Below are positions 1 through 13,012 of a stretch of DNA of 64,000 nt, one piece after another. A program made the translations under genes and the position numbers. Source of the DNA: Bigelowiella natans CCMP2755 (taxonomy: Eukaryota; Protista; Cercozoa); contig ADNK01002135.1 of the NCBI GenBank assembly GCA_000320545.1, positions 11,385 through 75,384 of the forward strand, written 5' to 3'. Under the pieces are notes generated by a model, which ran no database searches, was not told the origin of the DNA, and saw only the letters and a list, made by a program, of their open reading frames with translations. Numbering within the stretch: position 1 is the stretch's first letter; the number at the start of each line of letters is the position of its first letter.

Positions 1-522
1 TCTCGGAGAATTTCCTACATAGTTTTCAGAGTAAACTTCACACTATATCAGTACCCTTACAGGAACATGTGAAAAAGCTTTCTCACCTGTGAGTTAAAAC
101 TAGACGCGCGCCGCAATTCTTGACGATGTAAGCCAACTTGACAACGCTTTTGATATGTAATGTACCGAGTAAGGTTGCTGCGAATGTTTATTCATTGGTT
201 GAAACCACCTGTATTTCAGTTTGGAAGGGTTAGGGGGGTATATTGGTACAGCCACGGCTCCAGCTATCAGACACCCTAAGAAGGCCTGTATGAATTCCAG
301 GTTGAATTCGTAGCACAGAACTATGCGTTCCCCTTCTTCGACCCCTGCATTCTTCAAAAATTCAGCGACAGCGGTAGCCTTTTGCCAAACTTGAGAGTAA
401 GTCAACTCCGTCGATACATTTCCCTCCCCATCCATCCACTGGTACAGAGGAGAGTTTGGGTTTTTTTTTACATGAGACTCGAGAATGCCCAGGAATTTCT
501 GGCGATGGTCAGAGGATGCCAT
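1..522 (-). CDS. Fatty acyl-AMP ligase-like adenylation domain protein (N-terminal part; possible PKS/NRPS loading module), spliced, runs off window start
   Basis: ATG at 522 gives MASSDH...LYQWMDGEGNVSTELTYSQVWQKATAVAEFL...GERIVLCYEFNLEFIQAFLGCLIAGAVAVPIYPP. After a GT-AG intron (~148-208) the frame continues VVKLAYIVKNCGARLVLTH. The 'LTY..L', 'GERxxL' and 'AFLGCLxAGxVAVPxYPP' pattern is typical of FAAL N-termini. Confidence 0.75.
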
Positions 523-1309
523 CAGGGCTAGGCTAACCCTGGCTTCCTGAATTCGAGGCAAGCTCGAGGCTTTTGATGCTCGTGCAGCTCAAATTGGAGC
601 ATGCTCTCATGCATATGAAGTGCAGGTATTGTGCAGATCTAGTGCGCATTGAGACGAGCGATCAGAAGGCAAGCTGTGCTCTCACTTGTCCGGCATAGAT
701 AGCGACAGTGAATTGAGAGAAAAATGGAAAAAAAGGCCTTGAAAACGAAAAAAGTCTTGATGTATTATTATAGGGATGTCGTAGGTTTAAAGATGCCCAA
801 TGGCTAAGGGCAAATTCCTTGTCGCAACATGGAAAATCATTCAACTCTCGAGAAATGAGTCCTGAAGAATCCAAAAACCATTTCCTTATCGAGTAAAATC
901 GTTGTGGAATTGTGTTGATTAGCGAGAATTTATTTGTCGTAGATACAAATAAGAGAGCATTATCATGGACGAGAGCCGTTGTGAGACCTTACGAAATTCT
1001 AAAAACCAAGCTAGAATGGCTGCCTCTGTGACCCTCTTTGGGAGGAACATCAGGAAATGTTCTCTGTCAAATGCCTTCTGGAAGTCGAGACTCCGAGAAG
1101 TATTAATCTTTAGCTCAATCACCGGTTTTCTAGCTCAGGAAACCAAATTTGCGGAGTATTACGCCTCTGATCCTGTTCAGCTATTCTTCGGCAAATTTAA
1201 AAACTGGTGCGAAGGAGAGGAGAGCAGGGAGCGGGGACAGTGGTGATGGATAGGCTAAAGAAATATGCAAGTTTATTTTTTCAAATGGTCACCTTAGCTA
1301 TGGGGGCAG

Positions 1310-1638
1310 GATGAGCAGGGACGAGCAGTGTTGCCCTGCGCACACATCCACATTGATTCATCTCTTTCACGCAATGAGGGGGGAAAGGGGGAAACTCAAA
1401 ATATTGGTCCTTATGTCGTCCATATAATTGACCTGCTCAAGTGTTGTAATAATTAACATCATATCTCATGCATTGCGTCGTCAGGGATAATATCCGACCT
1501 ATTCACTTCATCATCTTCACTGCATCCCTCACGACCGCGATCGTTCTCTACTGGAAGTTCCTCTCCGTCTGGTACGATTCAATGCGAGAGGACAATCATT
1601 AGCAATAGTGGATTTCATCCACTTTACCAAATTTACCA

Positions 1639-1707
<69 letters not shown>

Positions 1708-2042
1708 ACCCCCCCCTCCCCCTTTCAATAGGACCAACTTCTACCACGAGCGCTTGATGAACTTTCCCAGCAACAATGTAATGCAAAATGGCTACTGATA
1801 CAATTTAAATCATATTATATCGGCATATTTACGATCTTCCTGCCCCATTAATCTGACAATTTGTCTGTACAACCACCTCTTGTTCCCCTGCCCCCTCGCA
1901 TCATCAGTGGCTTCAAGTTCAATACAAGGAGACCCTCTCTGAAATGGCATCGTTTAACGTTGCCGAAGAGAATGTGCGATGGGTACAGAATGCCACATTA
2001 CTGCCCGAGGATATTGGGGCTGGCAATCCGGTATATATAGTG

Positions 2043-2081
<39 letters not shown>

Positions 2082-3683
2082 ATTCTTTCTTCGTAGCTAT
2101 TATTGTCTAGTCTCGTTGTCATTCGCAATTTTTGGTTCAACGCATACGAAACCCCCTTCCTTCCCTCCTTCCTTCCTTCCTTCCTTCCTGCCTCCTTCCG
2201 TATCACTCAGAGCTGGAGCAAAAAGCCTGTGCGTAACTTGAAATTGTCTCTCGATAACGCAAGGCTAGAACATGCCCACTTCGCTAAAGTCATAGCAGAA
2301 TCATACTTGGTATGTGTGCTGTGAACCGCAGAGTACTTGTTGGCGTGGCACGCGCTTACGGGAGTGTTAGAGAAATAGAGAAGGAGGGGGAGGAGGAGGA
2401 GGAGGAGGAGGCAGACGATGCACAATAACCTCTCTCATTTTCACTTACCTACTTCTCTCCCTTTTGTTTGTTTACAGCTGATAGAGCGGCTCGTTGTGAG
2501 GCGACTACCGTATCTTCGCTCATCGAGAGACAGAACCATTAGAGTAATTGCTATGCAAACAAACCATAAGAACCTAACTGCTGTACTGCACCGCTCCCTC
2601 GAAAGCTCAATTGTGTATCATCTGCTGCTTCCTCGTCTTCGTTCTCTTCCATGATGACAGAACCGTTTTTAATGAAATTCCTCGTTAAGCATTAGCCAGT
2701 TTGATACCTGGATATGGCTTCAAAAATCCTATCTGATGATGATGACAAATATAAGACGAGGATGACGATGATAATGATAATAACATTGAACGAAATCGAA
2801 TGCTTGCAGTAGCGCTAATTCCTGATATAATTTGCCTTCTGCTGTGATAACTGCATATTGTTGAAATTGTTTAATGATATTTTTATCTTCTGGTTGCATC
2901 TTCTTTCTTCTCCTCCTTTGTCATCCTCTTCTTGTTTTTTCCCCTTTATGGCGATATCGGTACAGGACTATATGTTTAAAGTCGGAAAAGAATTCGAGGT
3001 CACGAAATTTCCAATTGTGCTGAATGAATATACTGTTAATTGAAATGCTTATTGTAGAACTAGAAAAGCTTGTTGCAGTTGCAATCATTGGCATTTAGAA
3101 TGAATCAGTGTCTTTCGAAGTTATAACTATGTTTCTATCCTTGATTACTTCACTTAGTGTTTCTTTTAACCTCCTTTAGCTCGATGACATCGACGTGCGG
3201 CAGTACCTCATTTTGTATGAGAGAGCTCGGTGAGTAGTCTCTTTTCTTTCTCCACATGTGTGTTTCCGACTGCTGTTCGTTCGTGCTAATTTCAGTCTTA
3301 TATTACGAACAATAATATCAATTTATTACCCTAGGTTCGGGAGCGGGCACCAGCCGAAGATGCCAAACAGCACTAGGGGGGGGGCAGGGGGAGCTACAGC
3401 ATCTTCAAAAGACCACCGGCAACATAAATTGCGTAAGGTGTTTGGAAATTCGGTCTCTCCACACCTTGAAGAGGACCCGAAGCTTATCAACGCTGTCACC
3501 TTCAAGATCTTCCTCGAGTGCCTCAAGAGAATCCTGGAGAAGATTCGGCTGGGATATCGCGCGCGCAACCGAGTGAAAAATGTATCGACGCATCGAAGGG
3601 CTAGTTCCGACCAGATCATTTCCAATAAGTATGGTGGAGTCGGTAGTAGAAGTAACGTACCGGTAGCCAGCATTAAAGAATGA
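1310..3683 (+). CDS. Multi-exon membrane-anchored protein, NICE-3/C1orf43/DUF4129-like (YERARFG motif); 5' end uncertain
   Basis: GT-AG exons join to ...IHFIIFTASLTTAIVLYWKFLSVW (TM)...HAHFAKVIAESYL|LIERLVVRRLPYLRSSRDRTIR|DYMFKVGKEFE|LDDIDVRQYLILYERAR|FGSGHQP...AVTFKIFLECLKRIL...SIKE*. 'TIRDY...YERARFG...F..F...L' recalls that family (from memory). Confidence 0.5.
1639..1705. repeat. (CT)n microsatellite, representative of dozens of intronic SSRs
   Basis: Similar (GT)n, (GA)n, (TA)n, (CTT)n, (CCT)n, (TAG)n and (CAT)n tracts occur e.g. at 2046-2077, 15647-15722, 18775-18814, 21405-21491, 24378-24415 and 63863-63933, mostly in introns. Confidence 0.95.
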
Positions 3684-4621
3684 TAAAGAGTGTCATATGT
3701 CAATTCTATTCCATATAGCCACGCCCACACCTGCCTCAACTCTATCCGCAGCTGTCGTTATCATTGTACTCACATATGCATGTGCTTGCTGTATCATTGA
3801 GAATTCCACGCTATGACAGTCGCGTTGTTCATGTAGCTATCTAGGTAGATGTATTACACAAGCATCATCGCAAGACGTGTGATGCTACACTACGCTATCT
3901 GTTTCCGCGGCGCAGATATAGTCACAGGGCTTGGCCACAACAATAGACATACGTATATATAATATATATAATTTGTACTGTGTCTATAGTCACAGCTAGA
4001 CAGAGACATCCACCACTTCGTCACTACTGCAAAATCGAAAAATTCGTGAGCGGCCAGGCGGAAGGTTCGTGTTCGATCAGAATTCAATTTGGCATTCTCG
4101 AATGAACGAAGTTCCGCAGAGCAAATGCGCGCAAAGAAGCGAATGAATTGCTTCACATTGCGGCCGCTCGCCACTACAACGCATGCGCAAATTCATCCAA
4201 AAGTCTCCATTGTTTACCAAACTTGTGAACTAGTGGAACAGCGAGGCAGTGCTGCGAAAGCTTGCGAAAGCAGGTTCATTCACACAAGAATTAAGCATTG
4301 ATTGTCAGTTAGTGATATGTAAGCGGAGGCGAACGAACCCCCGCAAGCTTCCACAAGCGCAGAAAAAAAGTGTCGCCGCAGCACCTTTTTTTCGAGTTGT
4401 GAGATCAAGCCTGTGACTCAGTCCACGAGTGCCAATGCAATGTTGAGTGCATGCCATGTGCTGTCGTTGCAACGTGCAGGCGTCACTAAAATTCGTCTGA
4501 ACCAGATTTTGACATCCAAGCTAGTGGGGCCCTCTCCGGATTCGATCACACGCATACATACACATGTACGAAGCTCATGTGTATTTGCATATATATATGT
4601 ACATCTACATGACGAGCGTGA

Positions 4622-5863
4622 TCACTTTTTGTTGAGTTCTGGCTTTTTGACATGTTGCAAGTGCCAAAGTTGATACTCGGTATCCTTAAGATCAACCAAC
4701 AAGAGATCACATTCTTCCTGCGTCGTATCTTTTAAAGGGATTGCTCGATATTCTTTCGGTGGTTTCGACACTTTTACCATTTTGAAGCCTCCTTTTAACA
4801 ATGCACTCGCTAATTCTCCTCTTCCTGCCCTCTCCAAGGCCGTTACGTAAAAGAACTCCCCACCGTTCCTCACGGTGTCTTGCAACACTCGCAGAAACAC
4901 GGGAACCATGTTTCTATCGTACACCAAGTCAGATCCTATCACTATGTCGAAATTCTTGAGGAGTTTATGACGAGATTCTACGGTGGCATCCTCCTCGGTC
5001 TTTTTCACTTCATGGTAGGCATTCCAGTCAATAGTTTCGGCTGTCACCTTCGTGTTCTTAAACGCCCCCTTGTTGAGTTCCACGTTGTAGCTCATATTTT
5101 GCACGGTTTCCTTGGCAAGGTCTGTGATCACTACGCTCTTGGCCTCGGTAAATACGGCAACAGAAAGGCCTGCCAATCCGCATCCTGCTCCAAGTTCTAA
5201 TACTGATTTCCCCCGCAACTTGTCGGAGTCGAGGGAAAGCATCCAGCGCGATAGAATAACTGAAGCACCCCATAACCCTAGCCCAGTTTGATCAGCAAGT
5301 GCGAGCAATCCAACCCCACCTGCGATCGAGGCGAGATTAGGCTCCACAATTGCCTTCTCCCGTATCTTAACAATTTTATTTTTTGAGTTGAAGATGAATG
5401 AGTGCGTTGCCTCTCTGAGTGATTCTAGTTTCTCTTCGTTGCCCTCGAGTAGCTTCTCCTCTGTGGCCGAATGATGTAATAACATATCTTGAAGAATGTC
5501 GACGTCACCTGATGTGAACGCCTCTGTCATCGCTCCTTTGCCAAACTCATTTTTCCGCAGCACATTGATATGCTTGTAGCTCTCGAGAAGAAGCTTCACA
5601 ACAGCATTTTGCTTAAGCTGAGCTGCCCATTGGAGCGGTGTGTTCCCGCTTTTGTTTGGGAAATGAGAGGCTTTACTCTCAATTAGCAGTTTAACGCAAG
5701 CAACGTTCCCGTTGGCACTGGCATAATGGAGGCCGCTGCAACCATTCGAAGACTTGAAGTCTATCGTCCCCTGACTTGGCTTCTTCGCTAATGCAGCCTT
5801 AAGTTCCTCCACCTCACCATACCTTGCGTGCTCTAGAATGAGCGGGCCAATGTTGTTATCCAT
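4622..5863 (-). CDS. Ankyrin-repeat (Yar1-like) + class I SAM-dependent protein methyltransferase (METTL21/Methyltransf_16 family) fusion, intronless
   Basis: Likely ATG at 5863 (MDNNIG). Ankyrin motifs SGLHYASANG and GNTPLQWAA. MTase motifs TGLGLWGASVILSRW, VLELGAGCGLAGL, VVITD, IDW and FDIVIGSDLVY. Confidence 0.88.
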   Translation of the reverse strand: MDNNIGPLILEHARYGEVEELKAALAKKPSQGTIDFKSSNGCSGLHYASANGNVACVKLLIESKASHFPNKSGNTPLQWAAQLKQNAVVKLLLESYKHINVLRKNEFGKGAMTEAFTSGDVDILQDMLLHHSATEEKLLEGNEEKLESLREATHSFIFNSKNKIVKIREKAIVEPNLASIAGGVGLLALADQTGLGLWGASVILSRWMLSLDSDKLRGKSVLELGAGCGLAGLSVAVFTEAKSVVITDLAKETVQNMSYNVELNKGAFKNTKVTAETIDWNAYHEVKKTEEDATVESRHKLLKNFDIVIGSDLVYDRNMVPVFLRVLQDTVRNGGEFFYVTALERAGRGELASALLKGGFKMVKVSKPPKEYRAIPLKDTTQEECDLLLVDLKDTEYQLWHLQHVKKPELNKK

Positions 5864-6264
5864 TTGGTAAAGCCGCGCCGCCCGGCGGTTTAGAACGATC
5901 GTGGCCCGTTCACGACGGTCATTGTTCTCATTCTCGAGTATTCGGATCAGCACAGACTAGACCGAGACACCGAGACCCTTTTAACTGTCGTTCAATAAAA
6001 AAACTTGGCATTTTTACCGAAGTCGAATTTGACCCAAAACCTTTGTCGCATGGTGTGGGATGGGCTGTGGTGCTAGTCGTCCTTGCTCAGTTAGACGGGG
6101 ATTTCACGTATTTTTAACTACGACATGCACATTGTGTTGTCGTTGTCTTTCCATATTCTCAGTATTTATTGAAGCATCTTAAGCAGGCAAAGCTCCAAGC
6201 TTGAAGCTCATCCCATCGCCAGCTGAGTCTTTTGCTACAACTACAAAACTAACAAAAGAAAAAG

Positions 6265-8920
6265 ATGAAACGAAACCTGTCAAACGCTTCGTGTGCTAAG
6301 CCCCGCCAAAGGTCGAATGATGGCGGTCTTTTTTCGAAAAGTTACACCAAGCGGCAAAAGAAGGAACGCCTGATGGGTTTTCTAAAGTTTAAAGACTCAT
6401 GGTACCATTCGAAGTCAAATTCGAAGCCAGTCGAAACTCACAAATGATTCTTACTACCAGTGAACTTTTAGAGGCAAAAGATATAGGTTGGTCTTTCGAT
6501 GGAGCTCACCTTGCCCTTTGTACTAGTAACGTTGCAATTTGGGAAAGGAAGGTAGGAAAACTCCAGCCGATCTTCAGTTCCGGTGTGTTTCTTTCAAAGG
6601 ATTTTCTTTTATAGGGCAAAAGTCACAAGTACAGGTGCATCGCTATGATACACTTTCCAATTTTGGGATCGAGCGCAGTACAGCATCTTTCGTGGTCCCC
6701 AAAGGAAAGGAAGTTTGCATTCTTTTTTTCAGGGGCCATTAGGATCTTTGCTCCGAGAAAAGTGAATAGTAGTGTAGTTCGCAAGTTTGATCGCCTGCTT
6801 CGGTGCCTTGACAGTAGCAGCTGTCACTTTCAAAGAGATCAAAGTCGCTTGGTAAATAACATTTTCAAGGAGCATCCAGAACTCAACGCATATGAATTGG
6901 TTGCTTCAACAAAACGATTCACCTCTAGCATTAGCGACCTCAAATGGAGTCCAGATGGTAAAAGCATCGCAACAGCTGGAACTTGGCAATGGAAAGTTTG
7001 GGTATGGAAGCAGCATCCTATAATGAAGAACAAATACTACGGTGCGACAATTCGGCGCTCAGAGCAATGCGGAGCTAAAGAGCTAGCTTGGTTAGAAACT
7101 GAAAAACCTATTTCACACTTCGAATTTATGAATTAAAAACGATGCAAACCAAGGCATAGAAGTAACAATTTAACTTCGGTCTGCTATTATTCGCTTTTTG
7201 TCTTTTTTCCAGAGAGTCATATTCTTTCTTTTATTTTAAGATCCGTGACAATAATATTCGAAAGTAAAACCAAACAGAAGTTTGAAGGGATTTAAATATT
7301 ATTAAAAAGTGGAACGACATTTACCCAGATGAAATAAGATGATAGCAGCAGCTATCCATTCTATTTTCAGAGTCAACAAAGATCAAAATTTGAGCATGTT
7401 TTTCATGGGCAAATGTGAGGAGAAATTACTTCACTTAAATAAATATTGAGGACACATATGTTCGTAGATAAGTATGTTTTTCCCAATATATCTCGCAGTC
7501 CTATTTTGTCTCATATCCATTATGCGCATTGATGATTCAAAATTACTTTCTATTTCCTGCACTAAGTGTTAACCACATTGGCAGGTCACCGGATAGTAAG
7601 CATCTAGCAATTGTTGGTTGCTCTGGTGTGAGCATATGGGAAGAAATTCCTCTGGGAAAAATGGATACAGTGAATGCGGAATCCTACTCAGACTCCTCCT
7701 CAGACTCCTCATATTCCTCTTTCTCGTCATCTTCTTGTCATGCTTTTTCATCGTCCTGTTGGGTCGTGTTCGGCACTGCAAAAACATATTGGAAAAAGGT
7801 CGCACACTTCAGAGAAGGAAACGATCGAGTCCCAAAGCACCTCTCATGGTCATCTGATGGTGTTTTAGCAATCTCTTTTGCCAATGCCTATGTGATGCTG
7901 CGAAGACCCCTGGTTTCTTTCATGATAGTGAAGCAGGGACACTGGGAGTCCTTCGTTAAAATCAGCTCGCGTGCTACCATAAAAATTTCCGCTATTTCAC
8001 CAATCCTGGCTTGGGCTCCCTCGGGACGCCTTCTAGCTGTTTCTATCCATAACAGGGTACTGCGGTATGGTTCGTGCTATCTCATCTTTGTAATTGTATT
8101 TTTCCGACTTTTTCTCCTAAGTTGAATCAAGTTTCTTCATTCAGATCATATGTGATCAAAGTCTTTCTTTGGGGTTGCCATGAATTTATCTCTATTTGCA
8201 ACAATTTTTCCAGATAGTAGTTTATGAGCGGCAAGACCAAGTTGGTGCGGGGTGTTCACTTGTCAAAGTTGCCGACCTTAAGCCTTATAATTTTCCTCGA
8301 AGAAATCAGGTTCAATCCGTAGCGTGGAGTGCAGATGGATTTCGTCTCGCCACGGCCTTTGCCGACAGCGTGTGTATTTGGCCCATAATTCCTTCTTTCA
8401 CTTCCGCATCCTACCAACTTAGCAGTGGTTTAGGGATGGAGTTTGTACAACTACGTCAATTTCAACCACGAAAAGATTGTAATTGGGCGCATTTGACAGT
8501 TAAGATTGCTTGGTCAGCGGATCATCGCCTCGCAGTAGTTCAAAATAGGAAGTTTGAGTGGGAGAATGCGTGGGTGTACCATCGCCGCGATGATTTATCC
8601 GCACGTAACTTGCTGCATGAAAGTCTATCACCGAACCTTCCCACAAAACTAATTCTTATTGTAGAAGATTTCACATTCGATCTTCAATAACAAGGAATAA
8701 AACAGCGTAATCACATTTCTAATTGCAGTAAGAGCCTCAATAAATACAATGAGTATACTTCAGATAGTTAGCTCCCTTTAAATTGGAGAAGATATTTAGA
8801 CTCAAAATGAATAAATTATTCTTAATTTAGTGGAAACTTATTTCATTAATCTTCCTTCCAGGTTTCACATCTTGCAATAGATGAAAAATTTTCGGAGACA
8901 TTATCCAATGGAGATTAGTG
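6265..8920 (+). CDS. WD40/beta-propeller repeat protein (exon structure uncertain; may be two genes)
   Basis: Repeated blade motifs across ORFs 6399-8690: IGWSFDGAHLAL, LSWSPKERKFA, LKWSPDGKSIATAG, LSWSSDGVLAIS, LAWAPSGRLLAVS, VAWSADGFRLATA. Confidence 0.7.
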
Positions 8921-9518
8921 TTGTCATATGGGGACCTATCACAATCTTCCACTCGATTAAATGTCTCGAGAATTTCATTTTAGAATCTCGATTAATTCTA
9001 ACATAATATTCAAATTGCATCAGTACAAAAACACCATTGTGAATTTCAGCCACCAATTGTCAAGTAAAATTGACATTGTGCAATGGGGTTCTAGAACCAT
9101 GTCGGTCATGTATTTCTAGATTTCGTGCTCATTGACTGTGCCAAATTGCCCGTCGCAATGAGGTACCCACATGTGTCAATTTGCTGCATTTTGGCCTATT
9201 TGTGACTCATTTGAAAGCTGTATTCGACTCCAGCATTGCAGGCTAGCTCGAATCATTGTTTGTGGCATTTTTGAAAGATTATCGCCTTGGACTTGCAAAT
9301 TTTGTACGTGTGTGCATCTGCTAGCTAGCTAGGCTAGCTAGAATAGCTGAGAAAAGCTCATCTTATGTAATTAAACAGTAGCTGCGCATATTACATTTGA
9401 ACAAGCGATACGATAGTCTGACATCCAGCGTTGTGTAGCTGTGTACATGAGGCGCTGTGTCCATGCTGTGCTCGGATCACCTTCGAGCATGCAATCATCA
9501 TTTCCTCATCTGTGATAT

Positions 9519-11944
9519 TTAGCTCTTAGATTCGGCGTCTGATATTGACTCATCATTAGATGCGTACTTATGCGCTGTATCTACGACGAATCTAGAAGAA
9601 GTCGTTCCAGTGTCTAAATCCAACTGTAGTGCGCTTGCAATGCTCTGGGTAGCATCGATCACTACATCATCTCTCCTTTCCTGTGAAGTTCTCACGTTCC
9701 GTAACCATTCGTGGGATAGTGCTTCACTGGCACTCATGAAACATCCTAATAATGGGTGAGGATCAAAGGTGAGAGGAGATGTTTTCCGTCACCAAATTTT
9801 CTAGATCAGGAAGTTGTTCTCAAACCAGAATAACATCAGCAGATCAGCAGATTACAATATCGATAATTTTAACAATTTCATCGGTTGATCCTAACTCTCT
9901 TTGACGTCTCCAGTTGCCTTCTGCAAAAAGTCAGTGCCAATGGAGGAGAAGTTTCCTGTTGGGATCATGAACCTTATCACCTGACACGAACGATAACAGA
10001 CGCTCTCTCACCTAGGAACATGCTGTAATTACTTTCATTTTTCAAGATAAAAGAAAATATATAATCGCATAGAGGATACATAAATATGCATAAAAATGCA
10101 AGGAATTTAGTACATCAGCGACTTCAGTAAAGTCTAATCTTTGCCGCCATGAAACTTCAGCTTCTGGAAGGTTGAAGGTTGAATGTGCCTGTGTGATATG
10201 ATGATGGGCTAAACGCGGTGCGGATGAAATACGTGGCAAGTAAGAAAAGGAAGGGCGAAGCTATTAATTAGTGATCATATCATTTTTTCCCCTTTCTTTT
10301 GATATATAATGAAGTCGGGATCTCATTCTTCGTACCAAATCAAAGCTCGCCAGTTTGACGGAGTACAGACTTTCGCGTTTCCCGGAAATCAATATGTTGT
10401 GCGGCGCAATGTCCTTCGAAGTTATACCGTGAAAGGCAATTCATTAACTATTTTGTTAGTCCTTTAAGGCTGCTGCTGCCAACCTACTATTTGCTACTAC
10501 GACACACCTGAACGACGATCTGACATGCATGAAGATGCTGGAGAGCCAGGAGGATAGCTCTGATCACTATTCTGGCCTACAATACACCAAAAGGTTAGCT
10601 CCAAAGTAATATACAGCAAGGGTGGTATAAATTAGGAAGGAGGGCACATAGAATTCATGAAAGGAGGTTCTAAATTCTCCATCTTTCATAGTAACGTAGT
10701 GCTAGTTTTTCCTTCTGGTAGCGTGTGGACGAGCACCTGTCGCTCCTGAAAATGTCCAGATTTCTGCACCTTATAATCATAATCACTTGCATCATATGGC
10801 CGTCAAATGCAATGGGCAAAAGTCATAGAGTGCAATTTTATTCCAAACGTACATCGTTGAATATCGAACGGCCTCTCTTCCTTTCCATAACGATAGCCAC
10901 CCGCTCTTCTGAAAAACGGCCAAAGCAGCCACAATCAGCCACAATGAGATTGCAAGGTAGGCGATTCACATTGCGCAGTTGGTGTATATTATCATGAGTA
11001 CTTGTAATCTTGATAAGCGCGAACACTCTGACCACGTTTTCATGAGTCAGAGATAAGATCGAGTCGTCGTCGAGCATATCCAGCTTTTGCATCGCCTTCC
11101 TCTCTGCAATCTATCATACATACTTTACTTGGTACCCATCTCTACGAAGTTTACGATTTGTATTATCTATGTGTGTCTGTATGTATGTGAATGTGTGCGT
11201 GTGTGTTTGTGTGTGTGTATTTCCTGGTCAAAATTCGATTCATCTGCGTGATGACTTCCCCTAACTCCACGGATCCCCGGAAAATAAGGCTTATATTGTG
11301 GCACAACTCACAAACATAGAGATAGAAAGATAGGTCCAACCTGCACAGTTATCTTATCTTCGCTCTGGAGTAGCCGTGCAGAATTCGGTAGAAGTTTCTC
11401 ATCAGCCACGAGTGCCAAAACCTTTGTTATTCACAAACGGATTTATGCATGTGCCTTTTCATGATTGCGCTCTCATGATGTAGCCAGCCCACTTCTGATC
11501 TAATCGTTGTGGTCTGGAAAAGACCTTGATGACGTTGAGGCTCGCCTCAAACACCCTATTTGTGACCATTATTCCAAAGTCGCTCAGACGCTCCCTACAA
11601 AAGAGAACTTTCAGATAGTGTTGATAATGGAGAATGACGAAAGCACTCTGTCGCTGTTTGGGCATTGTGGGAGGAAAGTGAGAGATGGGAAAAGTATGAG
11701 AAAACTATACAAGTGTATTGGCTCTATCTTGTGCCATACAGCATTCAATGAGAACCTTGCCATCTGCAGTCTGCCATGAATCAGAGGAGCATCTTCCTCC
11801 TTGAAGAAAGTCTCTTGGTTCTTCGTGACAGCCCCTCGAAGACCCCCCCGCAGTTGCAGCCATCGTTGCGGCAGGGAAAGAGAAAATAGCTCGCCCTCGC
11901 GAGCAAATGTCCGCACAACTAACAGGATGGAGAAATGTAGACAT
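9519..11944 (-). CDS. CAMK-like protein kinase domain protein, probable pseudokinase; multi-exon, 5' end uncertain
   Basis: Exons encode ILSLTHENVVRVF, VAIVME, ARIVIRAILLALQHLHACQIVVQ|DIAPHNILIS...VKLASFDL and MSASEALSHEWL. These match kinase subdomains IV-VII and XI, but HRD is VQD and DFG is SFD. Confidence 0.7.
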
Positions 11945-13012
11945 CCGTTGACTTATCTAATCTAGAATATTTCCACTAGCTCCCACCTTCCTAATCCCTA
12001 CTCCTCCCCTCTCGCTGGATGCATTGTCACTCTCGTTTTAAACGCAGAAAAGCTGCAAGTCCCTGACAGCACAGCGGCTAGGCATTTTGAATTATGAATG
12101 TTTTGCCCCTCTTTCGAAGTTTTCGGTCATTTTTTTGTCGAGCGGGCCCCATTATTCTGAGGTGGGTTTTGAGATTGATTGAAAAATGAGTAACCTACAA
12201 AAGTGATGTCGCTTATTAAAAAATACATGTAATTATTGGATAGTACAGTATCAAATGAGAAGGATCTAGTTTGGTTTATGAGACATGAAAATTGATTTGT
12301 CGCATCTTTGAGATAGGTTTTACCTTTCTCAGGTACCCTTCCACGAGTGGACTCCATCTTAATTTTTCGCAAACGGCAAATTTTTGCATGCAGAAACGCG
12401 GGAGTTGAGCAATGCTTAAGGCATAGTACGAGAAGAAGAAGACTCCCGTTTCAATGGGAAATGCAAACTGTCTACGCTATCTAAGGAAAATCCTAGCCGT
12501 ATAGTTCTAATCCCGATGATTGACATTCGAATGACCACGCTCAAAAACGACGATATGTCAAAACAAATGGGTTTCCGAGAAAAAAAACTGACTCTCATAG
12601 GAGCATCCTTCTATTTACGTCCTACGACAGATGATGTGCCATGTCGTTAAAAGAAAATAGATACCTTTTCCGATGAATACTCACTTTCTGTCAAAACTCA
12701 TACTTCGAAATACTTTAAGGTATGTGAGTCTACACAGGGTAGGGGTTAGATTGTAAAGAAGGAAAGGAGGAAAATCAAAGCTTGCAATTGGTGCACTCAG
12801 AGAGAGAAATAGGGAGAGAACAGTTAGCGTATTTTATTTCTTGAACGAAGGAGGCATCACTATGCAGGGTGGCGAGTGAGTTGAGACAGTGCGTGTTGCA
12901 TAGGAAGGCGCAGCACAATCGATGTACATTGGTGCATGTATCGAAATCACTCCTTGATCTCAATTTTACTCTTTCAAAATCAGTGACATAACATTCCGCG
13001 TGGAACATTAAT

